A stretch of 10,054 nt of DNA from Zygnema circumcarinatum SAG 698-1b. Its lineage: Eukaryota; Plantae; Zygnematophyceae. Location of the stretch: positions 1 through 10,054 of the forward strand of contig JBBHKD010000055.1 in NCBI GenBank assembly GCA_037447605.1. The letters are read 5' to 3'. The notes below the pieces were generated by a model. The model did not search any database. It worked only from the letters and a program-made list of their open reading frames with translations, and was not told the origin of the DNA. This document shows positions 1 through 8,781 of the stretch, one piece after another (position 1 is the stretch's first letter; the number at the start of each line of letters is the position of its first letter). The position numbers were made by a program, and so were the translations under genes.

Positions 1-126
1 TCGAAATAAGTATATTCCACCCGTGAGACGGTGATAAGCCTAGCTTCGATGTACAAGTTTCGAAATACGGTATTACCGAAAGGTTTGAACTTTGACGAAC
101 CCTAAAGAGTACGGTATCAGGAAAAC

Positions 127-187
127 TGTCGGTGGTGGCGGCAGGAGAATGTCGGTGGCAGCGGCAGGAGAATGTCGGTGGTGGCGG
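127..187. repeat. 23-bp tandem repeat, about 2.6 copies (TGTCGGTGG[TG/CA]GCGGCAGGAGAA)
   Basis: Units start at 127, 150 and 173. Unit 2 differs from unit 1 at 2 positions and unit 3 is partial. Confidence 0.95.
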
Positions 188-254
188 TCCTGACGGTGCA
201 GCCAATCAGCGCCTTCTACGACTTCCAGAATTTCAAGATTCATTGAACGTGGAC

Positions 255-940
255 AGATATTTGCAGTCGCGGCAGTTACCAGTCTCCATGTAAAAAATCG
301 CGTGAAAGTGGAAGTCGGTCAAACAGCTTCCCCACGTTCCGTCAGGATTCAGGAAGCGTCCTCCGCAGCGTCCGTCGTTGGGTTGGGCAAGTTGTCCACG
401 TCGACATCGATTGGTAGCGTACCGTGCCGCCATCTGCTCCGCCATGGGTCCGCCCTAAAACGCTCCTTTTCTCCGCCCTTCGACTTCGGGTGGGACAGAC
501 TGAGCATTCTTGAACACCTCATCACATAGATTTTCCACAGAACTTAGGTTAACTTCCGAATCGTCATTCACGGTCACCACTGACCTGATCCCTTTCCAAG
601 CAATCCCACTTTCACCACTGTCCTTAAGGTTTGGTTGCCTTGATGCTCGGTTGGAAGTCTTCCTTCCTTGATCGCCCATAAACTCCTTTGGGGTCGCAGC
701 GGCCGGGAAGCCCTCCGCTGGCGATCGCCTGACTTTGCTCGGCAGTAGCATTTAAAATTACGCACTGGCGGTGTGCGCTTCCCGATCGCCGGCGTGCGCT
801 GATTGTTGGGCTACGTCGGTAGTCTTCCGCCCACTTCCGCATCTGCGCCCCGCATTGCCGACGCCAGCATTTGCCGATACCCGTGTTGTGCGCACAAAGT
901 TGATTTCCGTTTGAAACACCATCACTTATATGGGGTATAT
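255..940 (-). pseudogene. gag: Frameshifted gag of LTR element A, probably Ty1/Copia type
   Basis: Stitching minus-strand frames gives Copia-gag-like pieces: 'Y..WCF(K/Q).EINF' (NY..W...M-like N-terminus), 'VILNA.AEQSQAIA...AATPKE(L)WAI.KEDFQP', 'DEVFKNAQSVPPEVE' (like 'L.SLPPEYE') and a degenerate knuckle 'FYMETGNCRDCK' at about 260-302. It lies directly downstream of an LTR end and PBS. Recognised by eye only. Confidence 0.55.
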
Positions 941-1013
941 ATTTGAGATCCCGGCCTCGCACCCTTCTTGTAGAAAAATACTAAACCGGCGAACGAGTTG
1001 AAGAGAAATAGCG

Positions 1014-1033
1014 GAGAGAGAGAGAGAGAGAGA
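1014..1033. repeat. (GA)10 microsatellite, forming a pyrimidine tract in the 5' leader of element A (minus strand)
   Basis: Ten consecutive GA units read directly from the sequence. Confidence 0.95.
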
Positions 1034-1038
1034 AAGCG

Positions 1039-1056
1039 CTTGGCCCGTAGCGACCA
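1039..1056 (-). promoter_or_regulatory. Candidate primer-binding site of element A (TGGTCGCTACGGGCCAAG)
   Basis: Minus strand reads ...CATCAACA|TGGT..., i.e. an LTR-type AACA end immediately followed by TGG, upstream of gag-like sequence. Confidence 0.65.
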
Positions 1057-1844
1057 TGTTGATGTATAAGAAGTGCATTAGTGTTGAGTGCTTAGTTCAC
1101 AGCATGAATGTTTATGGGGCAATCAATGTAGTTGTATAGGAACTGATATGCATTGTATGAATAATTAAATGTTTAGTGTAGGACCCGAACATAGAGAGTG
1201 CAGTATCGTTAGAGGCGTGAATACTTGGCAGTCCCCAGGGAAGGTCACAGGGTGCATTAGGAGTGCGAGCCCCAGGCTTAGACCCGTACCAAAGGGGTGT
1301 ATGAGGATATTATGACCCGAAAAGAGGCCTTGGCCGTCACGGACGTCCCTTGGCCTCTGGTGACAGCAGAAACAAATAGGCAGCGGAGATATTTGGCCCG
1401 GTCTACTTGCTTGAAGCGGCAGCTGATTGGAGGTCAGCGCCAGTGCGAGGTGCGGCGCGGTCTTGAGCGTGGCGTGGCCTTGAAGTCGGTTGAAGGCCCC
1501 GAAGGTGTGGCGAATGAGGAAGCGGCGCGTGGCATTCGTGGACCCGCAGATGCGGTCACCGGCTACGGCGAGTCAGCCTGAAGGTTGAAGTCCGGTAACT
1601 GGCCAGGCGGCGGATATGCGGTAGGCGTGGGCGTGTCTGGCGAGCGGCGAACGTCTGGGGCGACACTGCGTAGGTCGGTCTTGGCGTGGGTTCACGTGGT
1701 CGTGTAAATTTGGCCCCATTGAGCTAGGCGGCCGTTGAGCAGCTGATGAATCGTCGTTTCTAGCCCCAGATGCGCTGTGGCCCGTGACATTGGAGTGTCA
1801 GCATCGCGCCCGGCGCGCTGGATTTAAGAGGAAGCGGCGAAACA
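1057..1844 (-). mobile_element. 5' LTR of element A; the 1057 boundary is well supported, the right boundary is a guess
   Basis: The plus strand starts TGTTG at 1057 next to the PBS. An AT-rich block is followed by a GC-rich non-coding block, as in LTR C. AAACA at 1840-1844 is a possible other end but is unverified. Confidence 0.45.
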
Positions 1845-2968
1845 CCATTTCGTATTTCTGCAGATATTTATCTTTAACGGCCCAGATTTATTTGTAAAGG
1901 AAAGTAGAGAAATTTGAACTGAAAGTCCGGCGCGTATGAAGATGCATTGAAGGCGAAAGCTGCGTGCAGTAAAGCTTTAGTGAAGAGAAGTTAGATGGTG
2001 TGTCCTAAGTGATGTGTTGAGGTAGAGGAGAGGGGAGTTAAATGGGCCAGTAGTGCTTGAAGCTACTATAGGTTAAGGGTGTAAATTTATCTATGAGAGG
2101 ATAGGATAGTCTTTCGTAGGAGGAGAATCGCGCGTAAAGGGATTATGTAGATTTCTAAAAGGAGCTTATCTTCTGTTCATTTGGAGTTTAAGGTTTTAGG
2201 GCCGTGGGCTTTACTCACTACTACTTGTATCATTTGTATTAATGAGTCTAGGTATTTAGTTAGTATTAATTGGATGAGTGGAAGTGACCATTGTATGGGC
2301 GTTGTGTTCAGCTCTGTGAGATGGAGTGGAGGCGTGGAGTTGAGGGAATGAGACCGTAGGAGGAGTTGTGAAGAAGTGCTTGTAGGTGGGGTGTTTAGTT
2401 TCGGCTGTGCCTTTGTGAGGTGGGCGAGAAATGCTCGTGTGAGCGGTATGTGAGGAAGAAAAGAAAAGTTTTGAGAACGATACCCGAGGCGTGTGTTGCC
2501 CTTTCGGAATGCTCGCTGCTGCGCCCTTGCTTACTTGACCTGGCGAGAGGTGCTGACGAATCTTGCGTCTCACGTTGGTTGATTGAGCTACCTTGTGGCA
2601 GTGGTGACGGTCCGTCCGTGCAATGGAGTAGATTGTTAATACGGACGAGCGGAGAAGAGAGATCAAGGGATCCGGTAGCGGCGAGATCAATCAGCGAACG
2701 GTTGGTCAGAGTAGATGCCCGTTAGTCCGTGATCCTCCTGCGGGGAGGAAGGGACCTTGGCGGTGGCGTGGGGCCATAGAGATTATGTAAAAAGCGGCCT
2801 TTGGGTGAACCCGATTCTTATAGTTCGAACACAGGACCTCCCGTCGTCTATGGGGTATCCGATGCCCACTAGCAGATTGGAGTGCTGCGTTGGATGGAAG
2901 CGTAAAACGGCGCCGGACTCTAAGTAACCACTTCCCCACTTGGGGGTATTTGTAGCGTTTAGCTCACA
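1845..2968 (-). mobile_element. LTR-like non-coding region, probably the (partial) 3' LTR of Gypsy element B
   Basis: Follows the chromodomain and a PPT candidate. The minus strand starts TGTGAG at 2968 (alternatively TGGTTAC at 2930). No recognisable protein coding. No matching copy was found at the 5' end of B. Confidence 0.4.
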
Positions 2969-2972
2969 TTTA

Positions 2973-2982
2973 CTCCCTATTG
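2973..2982 (-). promoter_or_regulatory. Candidate polypurine tract of element B (AATAGGGGAG-TAAA-TGTGAG); alternative AAGTGGGGAAG-TGGTTAC at 2931-2941
   Basis: Purine runs followed closely by TG, about 200 bp downstream of the pol end. The two candidates cannot be distinguished from this window. Confidence 0.5.
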
Positions 2983-3131
2983 AGGAATGTAGGCATGCGT
3001 TAAAGCGTGTGTAAGGAGTAGTAAAGGCGGTACCGTAGTTTACTGGCCAGTAGCGTCGAACTCTACGTGATGCTTAGGGAGGGCTCGGCGATAATCCGGT
3101 CAAGTCCGCCTACCAGGATTCTTGTACGAGG

Positions 3132-3156
3132 GGCGGCTCGGGAACCCCGAGCCGCC
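3132..3156. other. Perfect 11-bp GC-rich hairpin (GGCGGCTCGGG-AAC-CCCGAGCCGCC) in the 3' UTR of element B
   Basis: The two arms are exact reverse complements with a 3-nt loop. Confidence 0.85.
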
Positions 3157-3194
3157 ACCGTAGCCCGGTACATTCTCTAGCGACTGCTCGGTCC

Positions 3195-3365
3195 TGAGTT
3201 GATGAGGCTCACAGCGGTGGTTAAGTTGCCACCGAGCTCCCACATTGTCTTTATGTTGACCCGTAGCCAACCACTTATGCGAGGTGTGTGCGTGGCGGGG
3301 AAGATCGACCGCGCACTACTCCCGCGATACGGTGGGCTTGAATGGTTTCAAGCTTACCGTACTCA
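3195..3365 (-). pseudogene. Chromodomain at the C-terminus of integrase (frameshifted)
   Basis: Minus-strand pieces 'EY..ETIQAHR', 'KW.GYG' and 'WELGGNL' match the chromodomain pattern YEVE.IL.HR...KW.GY...TWEP..NL. Confidence 0.85.
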
Positions 3366-3399
3366 GAGTTAAGCATGAGTTCCAATTTGGTGGGGAGGT

Positions 3400-4700
3400 G
3401 GTTGGATCACTCCCGTCGGCTACGGTAGACGCTGTGAAGCCAGCGCTGAAGGCCCAGGATGCACCTTGCGTGGCCAGGATGGTAAATCCCGACCTGTAAG
3501 CGTGACATCATTGATTAACTTCCCGGAGCCACGAGAAAGGTCCGATGAAGCGAGGGGCCCGCGAACTGCGTGTTCCGCCGTAAGGCACGGAGTCTCGAGT
3601 TAGCCGTGCCCAGCAACACACAAATGCGCGCTTACGTTGAATGTAGGTTGGAGTACGGTGGCCAGTCGGCATAGGCCTTTATTAGGCGGCGGGCGTACTT
3701 GAGGTACGCGTGCCACCTGCGGCGCCTGAGGGCGATGAGTCGGACAGATCATTGCGGGAGGTTCCAGGTCCATTCCCGGTCCCTCGACTTCAGGTCCGGG
3801 GTTTTACGTGGGCGCCCGTATTTCCCTGGTCGGTGATCCGCGGTTGCCGAGGGATTTAGGGATCGCGGCGAAGTTCAAGAAGGGGTGGTACCAATGGGCT
3901 CTGGTAAGCACATTATTGATGGCGTCTTCGGCCTTTGGGAGCGATTCGTCCCACCCATCGAGGTAGGTCCGCATGTCGCAGGAGGTAATCCTCAGGATCC
4001 TGTTCACCCGTTAAGATACGGCCACATCGGTTTCGCGGGTGGAAAGGTAATACTCAGCCTGCTTGGTCAGCGATTTTGGCGCCCGGAGTCAAATGGTAGG
4101 TGAATCGTGGATCCGCGGTGGAACACAATTTGTGAAGACCATCTTTGGCTCACACTTTTGTCAACATACAGCAGAGTACTGTCACAAATGAAGCCCCGGC
4201 CCGGTCTTAGTAGTTGGTGCAAAATGCACTACATCTTCTTGTGTGCGTCCGGCAAACGAGGATGAGTCATGTGCCCAGGGTGTCTGGGAAGATACGTGAT
4301 CAAGTCCATTACCAGCGCTGTCGTTTTAAGAAGGGGTGTGAGGGTTGCGGTGGCGGGGGATCACGCGGTCGCGGGGGTTTGTTCGTTGACAAGTTGGACA
4401 AGCGGTCATCGCTTTCACATCCTTTCGAGAGTCGAGGCCACGGAACTCGGGCGTGCCTGGCGGGTTTGGCAGCTCCATTAGCGACCCCGCCGGTGCGAGG
4501 AGGATCATGTAGCTCACCGAATGGTATTTTGCCCGTGCAGTCCGGCCTTGGGCCACGACCAAGCTAGCTGGTAGTGGTACGAGAATCAGATCCTTAGACA
4601 CCACTTTGTCCTTATAGCCGTTCCTTGGCCATCCGGGGAACAAGGATCACCCGATATACCCTCTGAATCATGCATGCGGATCGAGAGGAAGCGGGGGAGT
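3400..4700 (-). pseudogene. pol: Ty3/Gypsy integrase (HHCC, DDE core, GPY/F module), frameshifted
   Basis: 'ELHDPP' (about 4500-4516), 'CPTCQR' (4383-4403), 'MDLITYLP' (about 4296-4310), 'DPRFT' (4099-4113), 'RVNRILE' (3990-4010), 'GWDESLPKAEDAINN', 'RFIGPF' (3535-3552). Confidence 0.93.
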
Positions 4701-4839
4701 TGAAGCTAACGTCAGCTGGTGGAGGATGTAATGGCATCTTTGGGCAATGAGCTTCGGGGTTGGGCGGAAGCCCCTCACCTCTGTCGTCTCGTTCCACCAA
4801 CTTTTCGAGTCGGCTGGCGCACCATCGGGCAAGATGCGG

Positions 4840-5215
4840 TACGCCTACCGATTAGATTACGCTTCACATTCGGCCTTAGGGCCGATCGTACTTGGCGGTC
4901 AAACCTTTGGGAGGGACTTCGGACAGTGCTGCTTAGCTGGAAGCGAGTGCGGTATTGGGTTGGGGAAGAGCATTCGGCCAGGCGGTGGTGGGTGACCGGT
5001 ACGTGACCCGGCTTTCGCCCCCCTCTAAATAACACCGCCGTATCCTCGAGCGTGGACCACTTGCAAAGCGGTTCACGTTACGTTGCACAATAGCGTTGCT
5101 CAGCGGAAGTTCATTTTCGACTTTCTTATACCAAAGGTTAGCCCGTCCACGAAACAGGCCCGGCGCAGGCGAATCGAGAAGCATCCTGAGCCACTTCGCA
5201 AGGCTTGGGCGGGTC
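4840..5215 (-). pseudogene. pol: Ty3/Gypsy RNase H, frameshifted
   Basis: Stitched frames give 'QDAS', 'SRKMN.AEQRY', 'VVHA', 'RCYLEG', typical of the Gypsy RNase H. Confidence 0.9.
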
Positions 5216-6210
5216 CGCTAAGCGGAGAGTGGGTTGCGGTAACAAGGGCATGGCGCACACCTTCGAATGCATCCTGGCATTCAGGGGTCCATGAAAAGGG
5301 GACACCGGAACGTATCAAATTAGTCAAGGGGGTAACCAGTTTACTAAACCCTTGGATGAACTTACGAAAATAATTCGCAAATCCCAAGAAAGACCTCAAC
5401 TGATGCAAGTCAGTCGGTGGCGCCCAAGTTTCTACCGCGGAAACTTTGGCAGGATCAGGCCGAAGACCCTGATCATTGAGGATATGCCCAAGATAAAGCA
5501 ACTCGCGTTGCATGAAGTGACACTTCTTCCTCTTGGCATAAAACTGGTGTTCCCTCGGGGTCTCAAACACTTTCCGAACGTGTTTGAGATGGTCCTCCTC
5601 ACGTCTTCTTGAGACAAGGATATCATGGCGAGGTAAACCAAACAAACTTCGTCAAATGCTGGAGTGAACATTCGTTCATCCGCGGCACAGAGAAAGTTGC
5701 GGAGCATTGAGTCAATCCAAAGAGCCCGATACCTTATATTGGAAATGACCAATGCGGCGTCAGGAGCAGCGGTTTTGGCACATCGAGAACTTTAGTAACA
5801 CGGTCGATGGTACCCACGAAACATGTCCGAGGTGAAGTAAACGCTTTCCCCAGCCGCCGAGTGAAGGCGATCCAGCGGATCATCAATGCAGCGGTAAAAG
5901 CAAAGCGGTTCTTTATGGTGATCTTGTTGAGTGCGGAGTAATCAGTCGCATCACTTAACGAGACCATCTTTCTTCCCAACGAACAAGATGGAGCGCCCCC
6001 GAAGGGGCTACGGCTGAGTTCTATCCGGCCCTTTTCGCGTAAAGTTGCCAAGCTGCTTTGGCATCTCGCTTGGTTTCTTTTCGGGCTTAGCAGGTAGATG
6101 CGACGCCAAAGCTTTGCTTTCGAGGCTTTCAGAGGTTATTGTGCCCATCCTGCAGATGGTATGACCTCTTGGAAGATCTTGGGGAAAACATCCACTGAAC
6201 TCATCAATAA
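5216..6210 (-). pseudogene. pol: Ty3/Gypsy reverse transcriptase; the 3' part (about 5190-5620) is an intact open frame
   Basis: 'SRSPFGGAP', 'DYSALNKITIKNRF', 'FGLTNAPATF', a disrupted YLDD at about 5620-5635, then 'EEDHLKHVRKVF...KKCHF...YLGHI...PDPAKVSAVETW..P...QLRSFLGFANYFRKFIQGFSKLVTPLT...W..ECQDAFE' from ORF 5100..5645. Confidence 0.96.
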
Positions 6211-6289
6211 AGGTTGGATTTAGATTAGGTTACATCCCGTAGATATGATACGCCATTCACGATCTTCGTCATGAACATCTCGGTGGAAA

Positions 6290-6860
6290 CGCCGGCTGAC
6301 ATGCGCCATGAACAAGATGCAACCATCCCTAACCGCTTTGGCCAATTGCATAGCTGAGCACAGATAAGGAGTAGCAGGCTGCTTGATAGCAGCGGATGTG
6401 GCTCTGCCAGGGTGCAGGGTAAGCCGCCTGTCACCACTGTGCAGAATGCAATGTGGGACAGAAAAGTCCATTTGTGCTTTGACCATGGTTAACCAAACCT
6501 TTCCCAAAAATAGCTTTTGCTCCGGTACCGGGGGGCGGTTGTGTTAGAAGACACTTGGCTGCCCACAGTCAGGATGGAGAGCGATCTTGGGTGTGGCGCT
6601 ACGAGGTCGGCCGCTTGCGTCCATCCCGAAGTAACACTTTGAATGGGGATCTGTGGAGTCCTTGAATCTCACGGGTGACGGCGGGCAACAGGATGGCTCA
6701 TAGCTGATAGAAGCTGGCTGGGTGGCCATTAGGCGACTGGATGAAGGTCATAGCCGCGATGGGCAAGATGGAACTTATAGATAAGCACTATATATCGAGG
6801 TTGAGGGCTGGCCGGAGTCCTCCGCTTTACCAATGTGTAGGGTAGGCCAACCCGGTAATT
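6290..6860 (-). pseudogene. pol: Retropepsin-type aspartic protease and PR-RT linker, frameshifted
   Basis: DSG codons (GACTCCGGC) at 6811-6819, 'PFKVLLRDG' flap-like motif, 'GKVWL...AQMDF' (LGMDWL-like) and the linker 'SAMQLAKAVRDGCILFMAHV' from ORF 6220..6507. Confidence 0.8.
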
Positions 6861-7268
6861 TGTGGATCCTTCCATCTCTTATAGCGTGTACCCCTTTCCT
6901 CAAGCTGTTTCACCAACGCCAAGAGTAGGCGTTGGGAAAGGTGCTGGCTGCCATGTCGAGGAACCCGACGCATGCGGTGGTTTTATGGGGAGGTGTTTCC
7001 CATGACATGGCACGTGCATGTAGAGAACATCATAAGCCCATGACATTGAGGATAAAGACATGCCAATCACCATTCATCACTACATCCATGAACCCGGAAG
7101 GGAGTCACTGGTGGCGGGAAGAGGAAATGGAAGAATTGCATGTCGAACACAAAGAGATCTTGCACTCCCAAAGGCCTGCCCACCAAGTTAAGAATGTCCA
7201 GGGTTCTAGGAAACAAGAGTCTTTTATCCCTGATGGCAGCCCCATTCCCTCCCCCTAGCCTAGCATGG

Positions 7269-7312
7269 CCACCAGCAACGACCCCTAAGCTGCTGGTGGG
7301 TTGGGGTTTTCC
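7269..7312 (-). promoter_or_regulatory. Candidate -1 programmed ribosomal frameshift signal at the gag-pol junction
   Basis: G GAA AAC in the gag frame (7312-7306), a 6-nt spacer, then an 11-bp stem (CCACCAGCAGC/GTTGCTGGTGG, one G-U pair) with a 9-nt loop containing the gag UAG. The -1 frame is open (ORF 7067..7390). Confidence 0.65.
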
Positions 7313-8661
7313 GGCCCCTTGCCCTTCCTGTCCTTGGCGTTCAGAGGGCAATCCCGGGCCTTGTGCCCCTCCTTGCGGCAGCGGAAACACTTGTTCTCAT
7401 TTCCGTCCTTCTCCATTCCTGCGGAGTCAACCTGCCTTGGCCGGAGTCGCGATTGGGTGAAGTAGGGCAGCCACTTAGAATTTTGGCAAAACTTTGTTCT
7501 TTCACGCGGTTTAGCGGGGGTACGAATCCCGCCTTCCACGACCGTCGATGGCGGAACCTGGCGGGGTCGGGGAAGGGCTGCATCGCCCCTGCCGGGGGTG
7601 TCAAGCCAGATAAAATTTTGCATCAAGTGCGGCACCAGGCCAGTGAGGGTCCCACGGTTTTGGTCAGGTGGGTTAGTTCTTAGGCTGCCTTCCTCCGAGG
7701 GTGTGGCTTAGGCTTCATTCACGAAGTGGAAGAACTTCGGCTTTGTCCAGGGCTTGTGAGTGGTGATCACGAGGGGCACCACTTGTCGCGGGGTCTCATG
7801 GCGCTTGACTGCTTTGCGGTTTGGACCATGTTCGAAACTTATCGGGCCTCAAGTAGGGATCCAAGGCCCCAAAGAGTGTTTCGATAAGTTCATCTGCGAA
7901 CTTATCGATCGATCTACAATCTCGCCGGAGAGGCCCTCGTACACCGCGGTATCGCGGCTCCCTCTGGCGGTGGCGGGTACCAGCGGCTTACCCAGCGGAG
8001 GGCGGGTTGAAGTGCGCCAGAAGGTAACCCATGCGTTTGACCCAACCACTGCACAATCGAGCAGTCCGTGGTAGGATGTTCGCCCCAAAAGGAAAGCGGG
8101 GCCACCTTGGCCCGATTCCGTCGGGCATCCTCAGTAGGTTGCGGGGGAGCAGTCCGAGGACTGGGATCTCCTCCGCCCCCAGCAGCTGCCCCCGACGGGG
8201 GTCCCCCACTGCTGGGTGGTTCGCCACCCCCGTGGGGGTGACTCCCCCCCGTGGAAAAACCAGGGGTCGGACTTACGCCGGGCGCCCCGTGACGGTTGAA
8301 GACGTCGGAGACGAGCGGCGCCCGCCCAGATGGTTGCCTAACCCCTTCCCCGGGACACGATGCATCCGCTGCCTCTGCGGCACGAGGGTTCGGGGCATCA
8401 CCTTCCTCCCGATCCTCCGAGGACACAATGAAGGCTCCGGAACTCCCGACTGGGCGTGTCACGAGGCAGCGGCGGGCCCAGGCGAGCTCCATATGCGTCC
8501 ACCTTCCTTGGCGGCTCAGCGTATTCCGCGTTACGCTCCCTCCCGCGCTCTTCCCGGATCCTCTCAATACATTTGGTGGAGGACTCCTCCCTTCAGCTGG
8601 CAGAAACTTCTCCACTGCGTCATCACCTTCGCCAGTTAAAGCGTTCGATCGATGATGACAT
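7285..8661 (-). pseudogene. gag: gag of Gypsy element B (frameshifted), ending at TAG 7287-7285
   Basis: Putative ATG at 8661, a Gly/Pro-rich segment, a 'KVAPLSFWGEHP' P..F.G-like capsid motif, and a CCHC knuckle CFRCRKEGHKARDC near the C-terminus. Confidence 0.85.
7348..7389 (-). other. Intact CX2CX4HX4C zinc knuckle (nucleocapsid)
   Basis: CFRCRKEGHKARDC in ORF 7285..7635. Confidence 0.95.
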
Positions 8662-8764
8662 TTCCCAAACTCTCACATTCACTCATAGCCCATTTTACTC
8701 CGCGAGGTGAACACCACCGAGAATATGCGGCCGGAATAGCGAGAAAAGGATAGGAGAAAGCTCT

Positions 8765-8781
8765 CGGCTCTAAAACTCCTT
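8765..8781 (-). promoter_or_regulatory. Candidate degenerate PBS of element B (AAGGAGTTTTAGAGCC)
   Basis: Matches the tRNA-iMet-type AAGTGGTATCAGAGCC at 12 of 16 positions without gaps and lies about 105 nt upstream of the gag ATG. It lacks the canonical TGG. Confidence 0.4.

Noticed and set aside
452-468. GCCCTAAAACGCTCC, similar to the B PBS region GCTCTAAAACTCC
   Set aside because: Short match inside gag-like coding sequence of A with no flanking similarity.
1297-1581. 94-aa plus-strand ORF, and the 101-144 aa ORFs at 2256-2725
   Set aside because: They lie in compositionally skewed LTR-like sequence, show biased amino-acid content and carry no protein motif.
1516-1839. 12-bp direct repeat GAGGAAGCGGCG at 1516 and 1828
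   Set aside because: Short, only two copies, and no element-like structure between them; compatible with chance or an ordinary LTR sub-repeat.
8031-8639. 202-aa plus-strand ORF antisense to gag (and other plus-strand ORFs at 3885-5612 and 6932-8074)
   Set aside because: Shadow ORFs expected opposite GC-rich coding sequence; no recognisable domains.
8767-8776. GTTTTAGAGC on the minus strand, identical to the start of the S. pyogenes CRISPR repeat/sgRNA scaffold
   Set aside because: Only 10 nt, the match stops immediately, there is no repeat-spacer array or cas gene, and it sits at the PBS position of a retrotransposon.
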